DNA of 64,000 nucleotides from assembly GCA_050613775.1 (NCBI GenBank), contig JBODTK010000116.1, positions 1-64,000 on the forward strand. Reading direction: 5' to 3'. Positions within the stretch are counted from its first letter, which is position 1; every line of letters begins with the position of its first letter. The translations under genes were made by a program, and so were the position numbers. This stretch comes from Neocallimastix sp. 'constans' (lineage: Eukaryota). Below are positions 41,805 to 55,499 of this stretch, piece after piece. Below the pieces are notes generated by a model. That model ran no database searches. It was not told the DNA's origin and was given only the letters and a program-made list of their open reading frames with translations.

Positions 41805-44537
41805 ATGAGTCCAAACATGATAAATAATGAAAATTTAACTGGTTCTAATGATGATGAGAACTTATCATCATCTTCCTCTTCTCTTGAAAGAAGTCCTTAT
41901 CTCTTCTTTTTACCTAATTTTTTAAATTATTCAGATAATAATAATAATCAATCGGATAATTCAACAAGAGCAACAACACCAGAAGAAGCAGTTGAAGAAA
42001 TTCAAGAAGATATTATTCAAGAGGAAATAGTTAATGAAGATACTAATAATACTTCAAATGATGCCACTAACACTACTAATATGATTACATCAACTCCTAT
42101 CATTCCTATCTCCACCACATCCACCGCCACCACCACTACCACAACAACAACAACAGTAAGATCATCTGCTCATGAACCATACATTAATAGAATGGAAAGA
42201 TTAAGTGATGAACCTATCCTTCCTATGAGAGCATTTGAATCTCAAGAACAAGAAAATGATTCTCAAGGTGGAGAAGATGATCGTCGTGTCTCATTTAGAG
42301 AAGAAAATAGTAATATAAATGAAAATGAAAATAGAAATAGAAATGATACTATTGATAATGAAAATGAACCAAGACGATTAGTAACCAATGAACGAACTAG
42401 TAGTTATGGTATTTTAAGTAGTAATACTAGTTTATTAAGTATTGATGAGACGGCAGGAGATGATCCTTTAGGAAATAATAATGAAAGAGAATTTAATGAT
42501 GATAGTGTTCAAAATTTAATTGCATTATTGGATCGAATTCATCGTATTAATATGTTAAGTCGAGCAATTGAAGAAGAAAGACGAAGACAAAGAGAAATGG
42601 AACGTGAACAAGAAAGACAGAGAGAAAGAGAACTAATGATGAATTCAGAACAAAGTGAATTGAATAGCTTTGTTAGTCTTCTAAATACAATGATATTTTT
42701 AATTTCAGCTGATCGTCAATTGCGTCGACCATTAATGGAAGATTACCCTATTAATGATGATCTTGAAGGAAGAGAAGAAAATGATCAAATTGATAATAAT
42801 GATGATGATGGATTGGGAATTGGAAGAGAACAACGTACTTTCAGAACGAATAGTCAAGCACAAAGTCAAGCTCAAGGTCAAATGGAAAGACAAGATCAAA
42901 CTCAATCAGAAATACGTTATATTCGTCCAAATCCAAATCCAATTATAGCCACACCTTTTATGTATGCTCGTTTTGAACCTGAAAGATCTTCAGCAACAAC
43001 ACGTCGTGATTCTCCATCAATTTTTGATGATGAAAATGCTCATGAAACGCCAAATGATACCAACCCCACAAGAATTAATAGACCATTCATTACACGACCA
43101 CAAAATAATCTTATGTTTATTAATGTACCATTATCATTTGATTTAGCCAATCTTATTCAACTTCTATCCTTCTCCAGTCCTCATCGTCATCCAGGAGCTT
43201 CTAAGGAAGCCATGGAAAATGCTACACGTATTCTTACCCCAGAAATGATGAAATTTGGAACACGTTTACAAAATCAACCCAACTGTATTATTTGTCAAGA
43301 AGATTTTATTACGAATGTGAATAAACGTCTTCGTAGTAAAACAAGTTTATTAAAGATTAAATCTGAAATTGATGATGGTAAACCTACTGAAAAAGAAGAA
43401 GGAGAAGAAAAAGAAAAAGAAGGAAAAGAAGAGAAAGTAAGTGATGGCCATTGTGAAGATTATGATGATCATAACGACGTAGATACTGATGATGATAACA
43501 TTCGTTTAATGCCCTGTGGACATATATTTCATGAGTGCTGTCTCTTCCAATGGTTAAAAGATAACAATACCTGTCCCGTCTGTCGTTATGAACTGGAAAC
43601 GGAAGATGAAGAATATAATGAAGGGGTTCATAAAAGAATGGCCGAAAGAGGAATTGATATTCCTTCCTTCAATATCGATTTTACCTTTTTCTGTTCCCTT
43701 GAAAAAAGTGGACAATGTCAATGCCTTGCCTCCAATCGATTATTAAAGAAAAGACTTGAAGGAGGAAGTCATTCATTGGCCAAATGTAATTCCATTGAAA
43801 ATCTTATTTCACATGCTATAACACAATCAAATACTATGAATATGAGATATGTTCGTTTACCTTGTTGTAATCATGAATTCCATTGGCCATGTTTTAAGGA
43901 AGCTCTCGTTAAAGCAGGTTATCAATGGGAAGAAGAAGAGGATGAAGCCAAAAAACAACAAGAACCCTTCTATATTCCACCAAAGAAAAAGTCATTAAAG
44001 ATAAAAACTCCAATGAAAAATAAGAAATCCGATAGAGATACCATAGGAAATGTCATAAATATTAATTTCAATAGTAATAACCATAAATCAGAAAATGTAG
44101 TGAATAATAGAAATTTGAATAATAATAATAATGATGATGAAGATGATAATAAAGCACCTATCATAGAAAATGATATTATTATAACCGATTTAGAAGATGA
44201 AGAAGAAATTGAACATGAACATGAAGAAGTAAAAGTAGAAGAAGGAGAAGAAGAAGATAACATTGATTATTCTATTCAAAGCTCCTCTCAAAAGCCAACC
44301 ATTAAAAAAGTAAAATCAGATGAATGGATGGAAATAAAGTGTCCTGTTTGTATGAAAATAAATAAAATTCCAGTGGCAGCACTTAAATCAAAAGAGCAAG
44401 TCAAACCTACTACTATGATACGTTCAAAAAGTCTTACCACTCTTCCAAAATCCCTCTCCATAGAAAAATTAGAACTTAGAAAATTAACAACCAATAACAG
44501 TTTAATGAATTTGAATTTATACAATAACAACATATAA
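41805..44537 (+). CDS. RING-H2 E3 ubiquitin ligase-like protein with long disordered regions and a second RING-like module
   Basis: 910-aa intronless ORF. PGASKEA...CIIC...MPCGHIFHECCLFQWLKDNNTCPVCRYELETED resembles RNF181/RNF126-type RING-H2. A later LPCCNHEFHWPC...IKCPVC set is also present. Confidence 0.87.
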   Translation: MSPNMINNENLTGSNDDENLSSSSSSLERSPYLFFLPNFLNYSDNNNNQSDNSTRATTPEEAVEEIQEDIIQEEIVNEDTNNTSNDATNTTNMITSTPIIPISTTSTATTTTTTTTTVRSSAHEPYINRMERLSDEPILPMRAFESQEQENDSQGGEDDRRVSFREENSNINENENRNRNDTIDNENEPRRLVTNERTSSYGILSSNTSLLSIDETAGDDPLGNNNEREFNDDSVQNLIALLDRIHRINMLSRAIEEERRRQREMEREQERQRERELMMNSEQSELNSFVSLLNTMIFLISADRQLRRPLMEDYPINDDLEGREENDQIDNNDDDGLGIGREQRTFRTNSQAQSQAQGQMERQDQTQSEIRYIRPNPNPIIATPFMYARFEPERSSATTRRDSPSIFDDENAHETPNDTNPTRINRPFITRPQNNLMFINVPLSFDLANLIQLLSFSSPHRHPGASKEAMENATRILTPEMMKFGTRLQNQPNCIICQEDFITNVNKRLRSKTSLLKIKSEIDDGKPTEKEEGEEKEKEGKEEKVSDGHCEDYDDHNDVDTDDDNIRLMPCGHIFHECCLFQWLKDNNTCPVCRYELETEDEEYNEGVHKRMAERGIDIPSFNIDFTFFCSLEKSGQCQCLASNRLLKKRLEGGSHSLAKCNSIENLISHAITQSNTMNMRYVRLPCCNHEFHWPCFKEALVKAGYQWEEEEDEAKKQQEPFYIPPKKKSLKIKTPMKNKKSDRDTIGNVININFNSNNHKSENVVNNRNLNNNNNDDEDDNKAPIIENDIIITDLEDEEEIEHEHEEVKVEEGEEEDNIDYSIQSSSQKPTIKKVKSDEWMEIKCPVCMKINKIPVAALKSKEQVKPTTMIRSKSLTTLPKSLSIEKLELRKLTTNNSLMNLNLYNNNI

Positions 44538-45934
44538 TAAAAAGTATGTTGCAACAATGTTATATAACAATAGATTTATTTATTTATATATATATATATA
44601 TTAAAAAGAAAATTAATAATAAAATTAATATTATAAAATAGAAATATATATGATATATATATATATATATCATATATATAAGAATATTTTCTTATTAAAA
44701 TAATTTTCTAAAGATAAAAATTTTTTTCATCTTTTTTTTTATTATAATAATTTTTTATATTTATATATTTATTTTTTATCTTTAATAATAATGATCTATT
44801 ATTATAGAATTAAATATTCTTTAAAGAAAAAAAAAAAAAAAAATTAAAAATAATTATTATTTATTTATATTTAAAATAATAATTTATTATATTATTTATT
44901 ATAATTAATTAATTAATTATTTATTTATTTATATATTAATTCATTAAATCATCATTTTTCAATTAATCTTTATTAATAATTAATTGAATATTATATAATT
45001 AATATTTAAACAAACATATAAATTATCATAGAAATTGAAAATAGACTTTATATATATGTATTTATATATATAAAATAAAATAAAAAAAAAAAAAAAAAGG
45101 AAATTTCAAAAAAAAAAATTTTTTTTTAAACATTTCTAAATAAATTATTAATTATAAATACACATTTTTTTTACAAATATTTTATTCTATATTTTATTTT
45201 TTTATTTTATTTTTTTATTTTTTATTTTTTTTTTTTTTTTATAACATTTTTATTATTATATTTATTTAATGATAAAATTAATAAAAAGAAAAAAAAAATT
45301 TTTTTTATTATCATTATTATTATTTTTTCTATGAATTTAATATATATATAAATTATTTAATTATTTATATATATATATTTTTTTTAAAAAAGAAAAAAAA
45401 AATCATAATAGTAATAATAATTTTTATATCCTAAATGATATAATATTATCTATTATTTTCTTATTATATATAAAAAAATTTTTTTTTTTTTTATATTTAT
45501 TGCTTTTTTTTTTTTTTTTTTATATAAATATACAAATTTTACTAGTTTGTTTTTAATTATCGTTATTATCTATATAAATATATATTTATTTATATTCTAT
45601 TTATGTTTATAATTTATGTTTATAATTTTATTTTTATTTTTTATTAATTTATTTTTTATTTTTTATTTTTTTTAAAATTTTATTTTTTATTTATTTATTC
45701 TTTCTATTATTTTATTTCTATATTAATTTATTATTTTTCTCTTTTCTTAAATTTTTAATTTTTATCTTTATTTTTATTTATTTATTTTTGTTTCTATTTT
45801 TTTTTTTTTTTTTTATTTTTATTATTATTATTATTTTTATTTTTTATTTCATTATTTTTCTATAATTTTTTTTTTTTTAATTATTATATATATATTATTA
45901 TATAACCGATTTAATTTATTATTTTTTTTATTAT

Positions 45935-45973
<39 letters not shown>

Positions 45974-46112
45974 CTTCTTCTTTTAAATAAAATTTATAGA
46001 TATTGAATTAGAAAAAAAAGTTAAAAAAAAAAAAATTGATTTAAAGATTTATTTATTACAATTTTTGGAAAAAAATAATAATAATTAAAAAAAAAAAAGA
46101 ACTGTATAAAAT

Positions 46113-46149
<37 letters not shown>

Positions 46150-46227
46150 TATATATATATATATATATATAAATTATTATTATTATTATTATTATTACTA
46201 TACTTCTTAAATTAATATTTTTAAAAA

Positions 46228-46389
46228 TTATTCTTGTGGTATAGGACCATTTGGATCTTCTAAATCAGATCCATTCAATATAAGAATTCTTAAGAATGCT
46301 TGTTCGAATTTGGTATTATCAAATATAGTAGTAAGATTATCACTATTGATTAGATTAATTTTTTTTTTATTATATGTATATATATATAT

Positions 46390-46422
<33 letters not shown>

Positions 46423-49400
46423 AATAATAAATATAAAAAAAATATTTTTTTATTTTTTTTTTTTTTTACTTACCTTGGACATCTTAAAAAGTTTGGTGCA
46501 AAGACCATAGCCAAATTGGCTAGAGTCATTTTAGTTATTGGTTGATTTCTTTGATCAGCGATTATCTGAAAAGAAAAAAAAAAATTAAAATTAAAATTAA
46601 TTATTAATAAATAATTAATTAAATATATATATAATGTTAATATTATAAAAATATAATAATAAAAGTATTAAATATTTAAAATAAATTAATAAATAAATAA
46701 AAACTTACTCTAAGGAAATTAATCATATAGTTTACAACTCTACGATTAGTTTCTGGTAGTATCTTAACAATTTTCCATGCATCTTCCGTTGCTCCTTCTT
46801 GACCTTCCCTTGCACCTACATCTATACAATCTTGAGTAAATTTATCGGTTAAGAATAATAATAATGATAGCATACATTAGTTTCATTATATTAATAATCA
46901 TCATTTAATCAATTATAATAATAATATTCGAAACATATAAAGTATAGAGTAGAAGAAGAAAAATAAATAAAAAAAAAAAAATAATAATAATAATAAAAAA
47001 AAAAAAAATATTTAATAAAAAGGATATTAATTAGCAGCTGGAATTAATGGATCAGCAAGATCCCGAAGCCAAAACTTTAATAATGAAGCTGGAACATTTG
47101 GATCTAATTATTGAAATAATTTAAAAAAGAAAAACAGGTTTATTAAAAAAAAAAAAAAAAAATAAAATAAAAAAAAAATAATTTATTAAATAATACTTTA
47201 TTATCAACTTTCTTTTCTTTATTTTTTTTTTTTTAACTAGATTATTAATTATTATTATTATTAATTTATTAATATATTTATTTTTACCTTTAATGTTACC
47301 TAAATTATATTGGTCTTGGTCAATTCTACATCTTAATTCTAATATTTTAAATTATTTTTTTAAAAAAAAAAAAAATAATCATATATATAATATATTAATT
47401 ATTTTTTAATTATTTTTTTTTTTTATTTTTTTTTATTTTATGTTAAATAATAAAAAATGTAATACAACACCTGTTACCATATCAACATCACCTGGTACCT
47501 ATTAATTTATATATAATTAATATATTTATATATATTAAATTTGTATTGATTTTATTAATATAGCTTAAAAATATAGCCATATTAAATTATCAAATAATCA
47601 TATAATATATTTTAATAATAATAACTTATAACTTACTCTGAAAATACCCTCAGTATGACAACCATTAAGATCTAATACTGCTTTAGCTAAGAAATCCATA
47701 ATTACAGGAATTTTTAATTGAGGTACTTTTTGTTCTTGAACTAACATAATGTCTTGTAATGTTTCACCAAATACAGATGGTTTAAATGGCGCTTCCTGTT
47801 AAAATATTATAATTATAACATAAAAAAAATTACATATAAATTTAATATTGTTTAAAATAAATATATATATCATAAAAATAAAGATTAAAAAATGAAAAAA
47901 CGAAAAACGAAAAACAAAAAATAAAAAACAAAAAATAAAATAAAATAAAAAATATTTTAATATACTCTTTAAATTATACTACTATTTTTAATTTTAATTT
48001 TTATTTTATTCTTTTATATATATAATATATATATATATATTTTTTTTTTACCTTTCCTCTTTCAATTTCATTAATGGTTGGAACCTTTCCTTTTGGACCA
48101 GTTTGACATATTCTAAGTAATTTTTTGTGACAGTGAGCAATGATAGTGAAAAGGATTTGTTTTTGATTTGGATCTGCGGATGGATGATTCGTAACTTCTT
48201 TTTCAAAGTATTGTCTTATAAATTGTATTAAATAACTTTCAAAATTCTTTGAAGGTGGGAAACTAATGACGATGACAGCCATTAATTGCCATCCTAAAAT
48301 TAAACTATTTGGATTTGGATTTTTTGTTAATTGTTTACAAAGTTGAATATAAATTTCATCTCTTAATTGACCATTCATAATACCCTTTTCTAATAATGAT
48401 TGAATATCTTCAGATTGACCTATTGGACTACGATCACCCATAATTCTTTGAATTAATCTAAAACATTTTGGAGATTCCTTTTGTAATTCTTTATTTAAGA
48501 CCATTAGTGGAGCTTTAATTGCGTCTTTTGACCAAACTAATAATTTTTCAAGAGGTACTTTTCTTCTAAATATTCCAGCTCTATGTTCCATAAAGTATTG
48601 ATGTGCAAAACCTTCAATCTGGAATTGGTTAATATTATCTTTAAGGTCATCTGGTAATGTCGGAGGTTCAGTATCAATACGATTCATTGGATGAGTTGGA
48701 TTCATTTTATCAGCCATTGCTTTATTTTATTTTATTTTTTTATTTTTATTTTTATTTTTTATTTATTTTTTATTTTTTTTATTATTTATTTTATTTTTAT
48801 TGTTTCCCATCAATTATTTCAACAATTATTCCATAATTTATTCAATCATTTATTTTTTTTTAATAATATTAATTTATCCAAATTATATTATTAATTTTTT
48901 TTTTTTTTTGTTTTATTTTTTTTTTTTTTTTTTTTTTTTTTTGTTTTGTTTTTGTTTTTTGTTTTTGTTTTATATTATCCATTATTAATTATCATTAAAT
49001 GATTTAATTATTTTTATTAAAATATAATATTCATAATTACCATCAATTTTATATTTTTTAGTATCATCATATTTATATTATATTCATCCATCCATCCATC
49101 CATTCATTTTTTTTTTTTTTAAAAAAAAAAAAAAAACGTATATATTATAATAATTTCATTATCATTATTAATATTTGTTTATAATATTAATTATTATTAA
49201 TTATTATTATTTGTCATTATTATTTAATTAATAATATTATTATTGATAATTATTATAATTCAATTTTTTTTTGTATATGTTATTCCAAATATTTTTAATA
49301 AAATAAAAATTCATCACAATTAATAATATATATCATCCAAAAATTTTATTTTTATTTATTTATATAATTTTTAATAAAAAAAAAATAATAAGATTCTTTT

Positions 49401-50702
49401 TAGTTTAATTCTATTATATTTGTAGTATTTTATAAATAAAATATATATTTTTTTTAAACTTGATCCTTACCATTATTAACAACGGGACTACTAATGCCTT
49501 GTGTTCTGCCGATCATAGCGGCATTTGCAGATTCTGCTGAAGTATTATCAATACGAACTAAATTTGGTCTTTGTTGATTTTGATCGAAAGATGGGCTTGG
49601 TTCCTGATTAATTATAATTTATGATTTAAAATTTATTTTATTCATATTATTTTTTGATTTAAAATAATTAAAACGAATATTCCATAATTAAAAATTATTT
49701 TAGTGAAAAGAATTAATTAATTATATAGGTTAAAATTTGATAAATTTTATAAATGAATATTGAAATATAAAAATAAAATAAAATAAAATAGAAATAAAAT
49801 ATTATAAAATAGAAATAAAATAAAATAATAAATTTAGTTAAATACATATTATATATTATAAAATTATAAAATTATAAAATATAAAAAAATGATAAAAATT
49901 TATACTTTTTAAATAATTCATAAAATTTAAATAAATTTTAAAAATTTTCATAATTTTAACAAAATAAAAAAAAAAAATAATATATAAAAAAAGTACCATT
50001 GGTTCATTATTTACTTGGTTACCGTTTTTTTGAAGTCTCATTTGCATAGAAACAGCAAGAGTTGTATTTTGAATTGCTATAAGCGGAATAATAGTAACTA
50101 AAAGAGTTTTTTTTTTTTTTTAAAAAAAATATTTAATATATAGTACTTATATTAAAGATAAAATAAAATAATAATAATTATAATAATAATAATTTTAAAC
50201 AATGGTTTTGAAAATTATAAAGAATATATACCATTTTCTGGACGTTTCCATTCTGTTTTTCTTGTTTTTAAATTATAATAATATGGCTAATATAACAATA
50301 AATTTAATAAATATAAGATATAATAATAATAAAATAATGGCATATTATAGTTTTTTTTATTTTTTAAAAAAAAAAAAAATTAAATAAAACTTACTAAACC
50401 ATGATTATTATCAAATAATTCCCACCATTCATCACCATTTTCATCTTTTTCTTTTCTGTATTATATTAAATAAAATTTATATTAATATATAAATTTGACT
50501 CCAATTTAATTATTATATTATCAAAATATAATTATATTATATTCTATATTTTTTTAAAAATATCATAAAGTATAACTTTATATACATTTTTGCATTGACT
50601 GGTCTTTCCCAAGAACATTCACCACTTTTAATATTAGCATAAAATGACCTTGAAGATTGTGGATCATTTATTTCAATCCAATCATAATCTATTACTTTTT
50701 CC
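46228..50702 (-). CDS. WW-WW-MyTH4-RhoGAP protein (ARHGAP39/Vilse-like), at least 13 coding exons; first exon uncertain
   Basis: Manual splicing gives WW1 (DWIEINDPQSSRSFYANIKSGECSWERP), WW2 (EWWELFDNNHGL|PYYYNLKTRKTEWKRP), MyTH4 (LRDEIYIQLCKQLTKNP) and RhoGAP (EGIFR|VPG, ASLLKFWLRDLADPLIP, KMTLANLAMVFAPNFLRCP). Stop TAA at 46230-46228. The start codon may be split by an intron (candidate ATG AT| at 51065-51061). Confidence 0.88.
46836..47027 (-). other. U12-type (minor spliceosome) AT-AC intron, 192 nt
   Basis: 5' site ATATCCTTT, branch site TTCTTAAC at 46855-46848, 3' site TTTAC. Removal gives in-frame LIPAANY|QDCIDVG; no GT donor exists before the in-frame stop. Confidence 0.9.
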
Positions 50703-51353
50703 CTATTTTTTTTATATTATATTTTTATGTTATCATTAATGAAAATATTAATTATTATTAATTTTTATCTTATGAAAAAACTTTTTTTATTATATATATT
50801 ATAGAATGTGATTTTTAAAATGTGGATATTGTGAAATAATTTTATTTATTATATAATTTAAACATTATTTGTATAATTTATAGCATTTTATGTGGATATA
50901 ATATTATAATAACTTCTTTTAGGGTATAAAAAGATTAACTTATATATTTATTCTTTAATATAATAGGAATGAAATCTTTTTTCTTTCTATTTAATCACCA
51001 TTTTCTCCTATATATGTATATTTTTTCTTTTTATTAATCTGTTTTTAAAGATATTAATACATCATAAATCTATGTATATATATTTATTTTGAACAAAAAA
51101 ATATAGTAATTACTATTGTTTATATAATAATACAATAATATCTTTTAATTTTATTATTATAGTATATCTTTGTTTCTCTATATAAAAAATATTATTGTTA
51201 GGAATATTTATTTTTTATGCTTCTTTATGATATTTGCCTTTAAATGAAAACATATATAATTTTTTTTTTTAATTATTAAAAAAAATAAAAAATGTATATA
51301 AATAAAAAATAGTTATTTATTATATTAATTTTTTTCTTAGAGTTTTTTGTTTT

Positions 51354-51390
<37 letters not shown>

Positions 51391-53237
51391 ATTTTCTTTT
51401 ATATTTTGTTTCTATTTTTATTTATTTAATAATTATTATTTTCAATATAAAGTCTATATTTCATAATTTTTTCATTATCCACAAATTTTAGATTTCACAT
51501 ATTTATTAAAAGAATAGATATATATATATATTATTAAAGATATTTACATTATTATATACTTGTATTGTAATAATTGGTTATAAATAAACTTGATTTAAAT
51601 ATAAAAAAATAAAATGTTCCTATTTTATAATTGGTTTACTTGAAGTCAATAATTGATTTTTTTTGTTTTTTTTGTTTTTTTTTTTGTTTTTTTTTTTTGT
51701 TTTTTTTTTTATTTTGTTTTTTGTTTTTACTTTTTCTTTACTATTTTTTATTATTTATCTTTTATTCTTAATATAATATTATTCAAATAATCTTAAATGA
51801 ATGAGTTTATAAATTTATATGATTTTTATTATTATTATTATTATAAATATTAAATTTTATCATTTTTATGAAGAGATTATAATATCCGATATTTATTTCA
51901 TCGATTTTTTTTTTTTTTCCTTTTTATCGATTAATTTACAATGATTGTGAAAAAAAAAGTAATAAAATAAAAAATGAAATGTATAATAGGAATAAGTTCT
52001 CTCTATTCCAAGTGGTCTATCATTAAATAAAACTAAATTATTATATTACAATAATAATCTACTTTTATAATAATAATAATAAATATATAATTAACAATTG
52101 TTATGAAAAAAAAAATAATAATAATAATTATAATTAAAAATAATTTACAATAAAAAAATTAATAAAAAATAATATTATAATTAATAATATTATAAATAAT
52201 AAATAACCAAAAAATATTATATATAAAATATATAATAAAGTATTGATATATAATTGTGTTTTTATTAATAATAAATAGTCATATCTATAAATGGATTATA
52301 ATATAAAGTATTAATAAATTAAAAGATAAATATTAATAAATTTATACATAAAATAGAATAAATACAAATACATAAATAATGTAAATGCTAATCATATAAT
52401 AAATTTACATTAGAAAATAATATATTTAGAACTATATTGCAAATATATAAAGAATTATATAATTCATATTAATTATATAAATTAATAATAAATTTAATAA
52501 TAATTTAATTTCAAATTCGAAATTATTTATTTATTATAAAATTAGAATTTGGGTATTTTTAAAAACAATTTGAAATATATTACATATATAAATATATATA
52601 TTTTATTTGATTTTACTTTATTATTTATTTATTTATTATAATTAACACAAAATGAATTAAAAATATTTTATATATTATAATAAAATGTTTATATTTAATT
52701 CATTTATTTATTTATTATTTATTTATATATATATATTTATTTATTTATTTATTAATTTATTTTGAATATGTATTAAAAAAAATATATAATATTAAATTAA
52801 AAAAAAAAAAAAAAAACATTTAAACGTGGAATTAATAATATATAATAATCTATTATTCAATAATATTTATAATACATACATCCTAATACATTACAGAACC
52901 TTTTCATTAGAGTTCAATATATTGTGATATATATTGTAATATATATCAAAAGTAAAACGTTTTCATTTAAATAAAATTAAAAATCATATATTAAAAAAAT
53001 TTTTTTTTGTTAAAAAAAATGGATAATCATTTTTCTTAATTGATAAATTAATTTAATATAAAATAAATAAACATTCAAAATGATAATAAATAAAGTTAGC
53101 AATTGGAATATCGCTGCACTCTTCAACTAAATTAGTTATGGAAGGAGTTATTCCTTTACTTTTTTTTTTTTTTTTTTATTTTGTTACTATATCTAAAACT
53201 ATTTTTTTATATATCAAATTTATTTATTCATCTTTCC

Positions 53238-53625
53238 ATTAGTACTCGGGACTAACATACTAAAGTTTCTGGATTAACTCTCCGGCTACGTCTTGAAATT
53301 ATATAGGGCGATTTTCATCCTCTCAGGGTGTTTTCCTATAAATGAAGTTGGTGTTCGCCCGCCATGATAAGTATTCCAGTTACTAGACTATATTATTGAA
53401 AGTACAGAGAGCACTTAATCTATGAGAGGATTAATGTAATAGTTCCTCCCTCGATGATTATTCTAGAGATAGAGCTGCATATAAGGAATGCCTTTTATAT
53501 TAGCCTTGCTTAGAGAGAAGTCCTCGTCAATACCAAAATGGTATGACAAAGAATCCAGTGAAGGCCTGATACATTTAAGAAAGAGACTGGAAGCCCAATT
53601 GTCCTCCCCTCTAGCCTCTCTTTAA
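53238..53625 (+). mobile_element. tRNA-derived SINE-like element, copy B
   Basis: TACTCGGGACTAACA head, shared core GATTTTCATCCTCTCAGG...ATAAATGAA.TTGGTGTTCGC, and shared tail CCAATTGTCCTCCCCTCT with copy A. Confidence 0.78.
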
Positions 53626-54329
53626 TTCTAATCTATAAAAAATAATTATTTGTTTTTAGTAAAATAATTTAACGAATAATAAATAACAAATAATAAATAA
53701 AAGAAAAGGTAAAAATAATTGAAAAAAAATTAAAAAAAAAAATAATTTGAGATTTAATATACCATTGTATAGAATTATAAATTTACAATAAATATATTTT
53801 CATTTTAAAATAAAAATGCTGTATAATTGAAATAATTATATATTTTTACCTTAAATAAAAATTAAATAATCATTAATTATTTAATAAAAAATAATAATAA
53901 AATAGATAAATAAAAATTATTAAATTTAAACAAATATTATTACTATATTTGTTTTTTTTTTAAAAAAAAAAATATTCTATTTACATATTTTATATTATTA
54001 TATATATAGTTTTGTAGGATAGATAAATATTATATATGTAAATAATGAAAGGGTAGATGGATATAATTGAATAATTAATATACATACATAAATAAATAAA
54101 TAATAAATAATAAATAATAAATGATAAGTAATAAATAATAAATAATTAAATAATAAATAATAAATAATAAATAATAAATAATAAATAATAAATAATAAAT
54201 AATAAATAAGTAATAATAAATAATAAATAATAAATAAGTAATAAATATAAACAAGTAAATATGTAATAAATAGAATTAATTTATATAATAAATAATAAAT
54301 ACTAAATATAATTGTTTCCTTTTCCTTTT

Positions 54330-54687
54330 AGACCGGGAGGACAATATGGCCTCAGTCTCTTTCTTAAATATATCAGACTCTCATTGGATTCTTTACCCTA
54401 CCTTTTCGGCATCGATACGGACCTTAAATGCCGCTCTATACGACGTGTATTTTTTCAGTGATCACTTGAACAGTCATTGAGGTATGAACGATTACATTAA
54501 TCCTTTCATAGATAAAGTGCTCTCTGCACTAGCAATTATATCGTCTAGCAACAGGAATATTTACCATGGCTGGAAAACACCGACTTCATTTATTGGGAAA
54601 AACACTCTCGAAGAATGAAAATTGTACTATATAAATTCAGGAGGTATCCTTGGGTCGATTCAGAAATCTTATGTGTATAATAGTTTC
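54330..54687 (-). mobile_element. tRNA-derived SINE-like element, copy C (more degenerate)
   Basis: + strand GGGAGGACAAT..., CAACAGGAAT..TTACCATGGC and ATATAAATTCAGGAGG are colinear with copy A at 11689-12040. Confidence 0.75.
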
Positions 54688-55499
54688 ATTTTTTTTTTTT
54701 TTTTTTTTTTTTTTGGTTTTTGATTTAACTATGAATATTTATTTGAATGATACAAAATTTAATAAAGTAATTTATTTGAAATTATTAAATTGTTAATTAA
54801 AAAGTAATATTGAAACTTCGAATTTCATATTTTATATCATTATATATAAATTCCATTTAGCTTTATTTGGTAGTAATGAAAGGTTAATTGTTATTTATTA
54901 CTTATTTTAAGGATGAAAAAAATTTATTGTTCGTTCATTCGATTTCCTCTTTTTTCCATTTTATTTTCTGATACCTTGAAGTTTTCGATTTAAAATATTC
55001 CATAGAAATATAAATTATTGTGATAGTTGTATTATAAATGAGAAATACAAAATAATTTATAATGGTATAATCAATAATATATATTGATATTAATTTAAAC
55101 GCATAAAAAAAATAAAAAAAATAAAAAAAAATTAATATTAGTATGATTACTTATTATTTATTTATTATTTATTTATTATTTATTTATTATTTATTTATTA
55201 TTTATTTATTATTTAATATTTTTTATTTAATATTTATTATTTAATATTTATTATTTAATATTTATTATTTATTATTAATTATCTACTATTTATTATTTAT
55301 TATTTATTATATACTATTTATTATTTATTATAATTATTTATTTATTTATTATTTATTATTATTAATAACATATAGTCTCTTCAATTATTTCTACCCCATG
55401 AATATACAAAATTCATGGGGTAGAAATAATTTATCATAGAGTAGATTCCTTTGAGAATAATTATAGTATATTATTAATAACCTAGAGTTTTATTTGCTA

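Noticed and set aside
46676..46873. Stand-alone 65-aa ORF, or a GC-AG intron upstream of it
   Set aside because: It is a RhoGAP exon. A GC donor gives no frame-compatible AG acceptor, whereas the AT-AC model fits exactly.
54850..55010. Possible second MULE N-terminal fragment on the minus strand
   Set aside because: Similarity too short and weak to support by eye.
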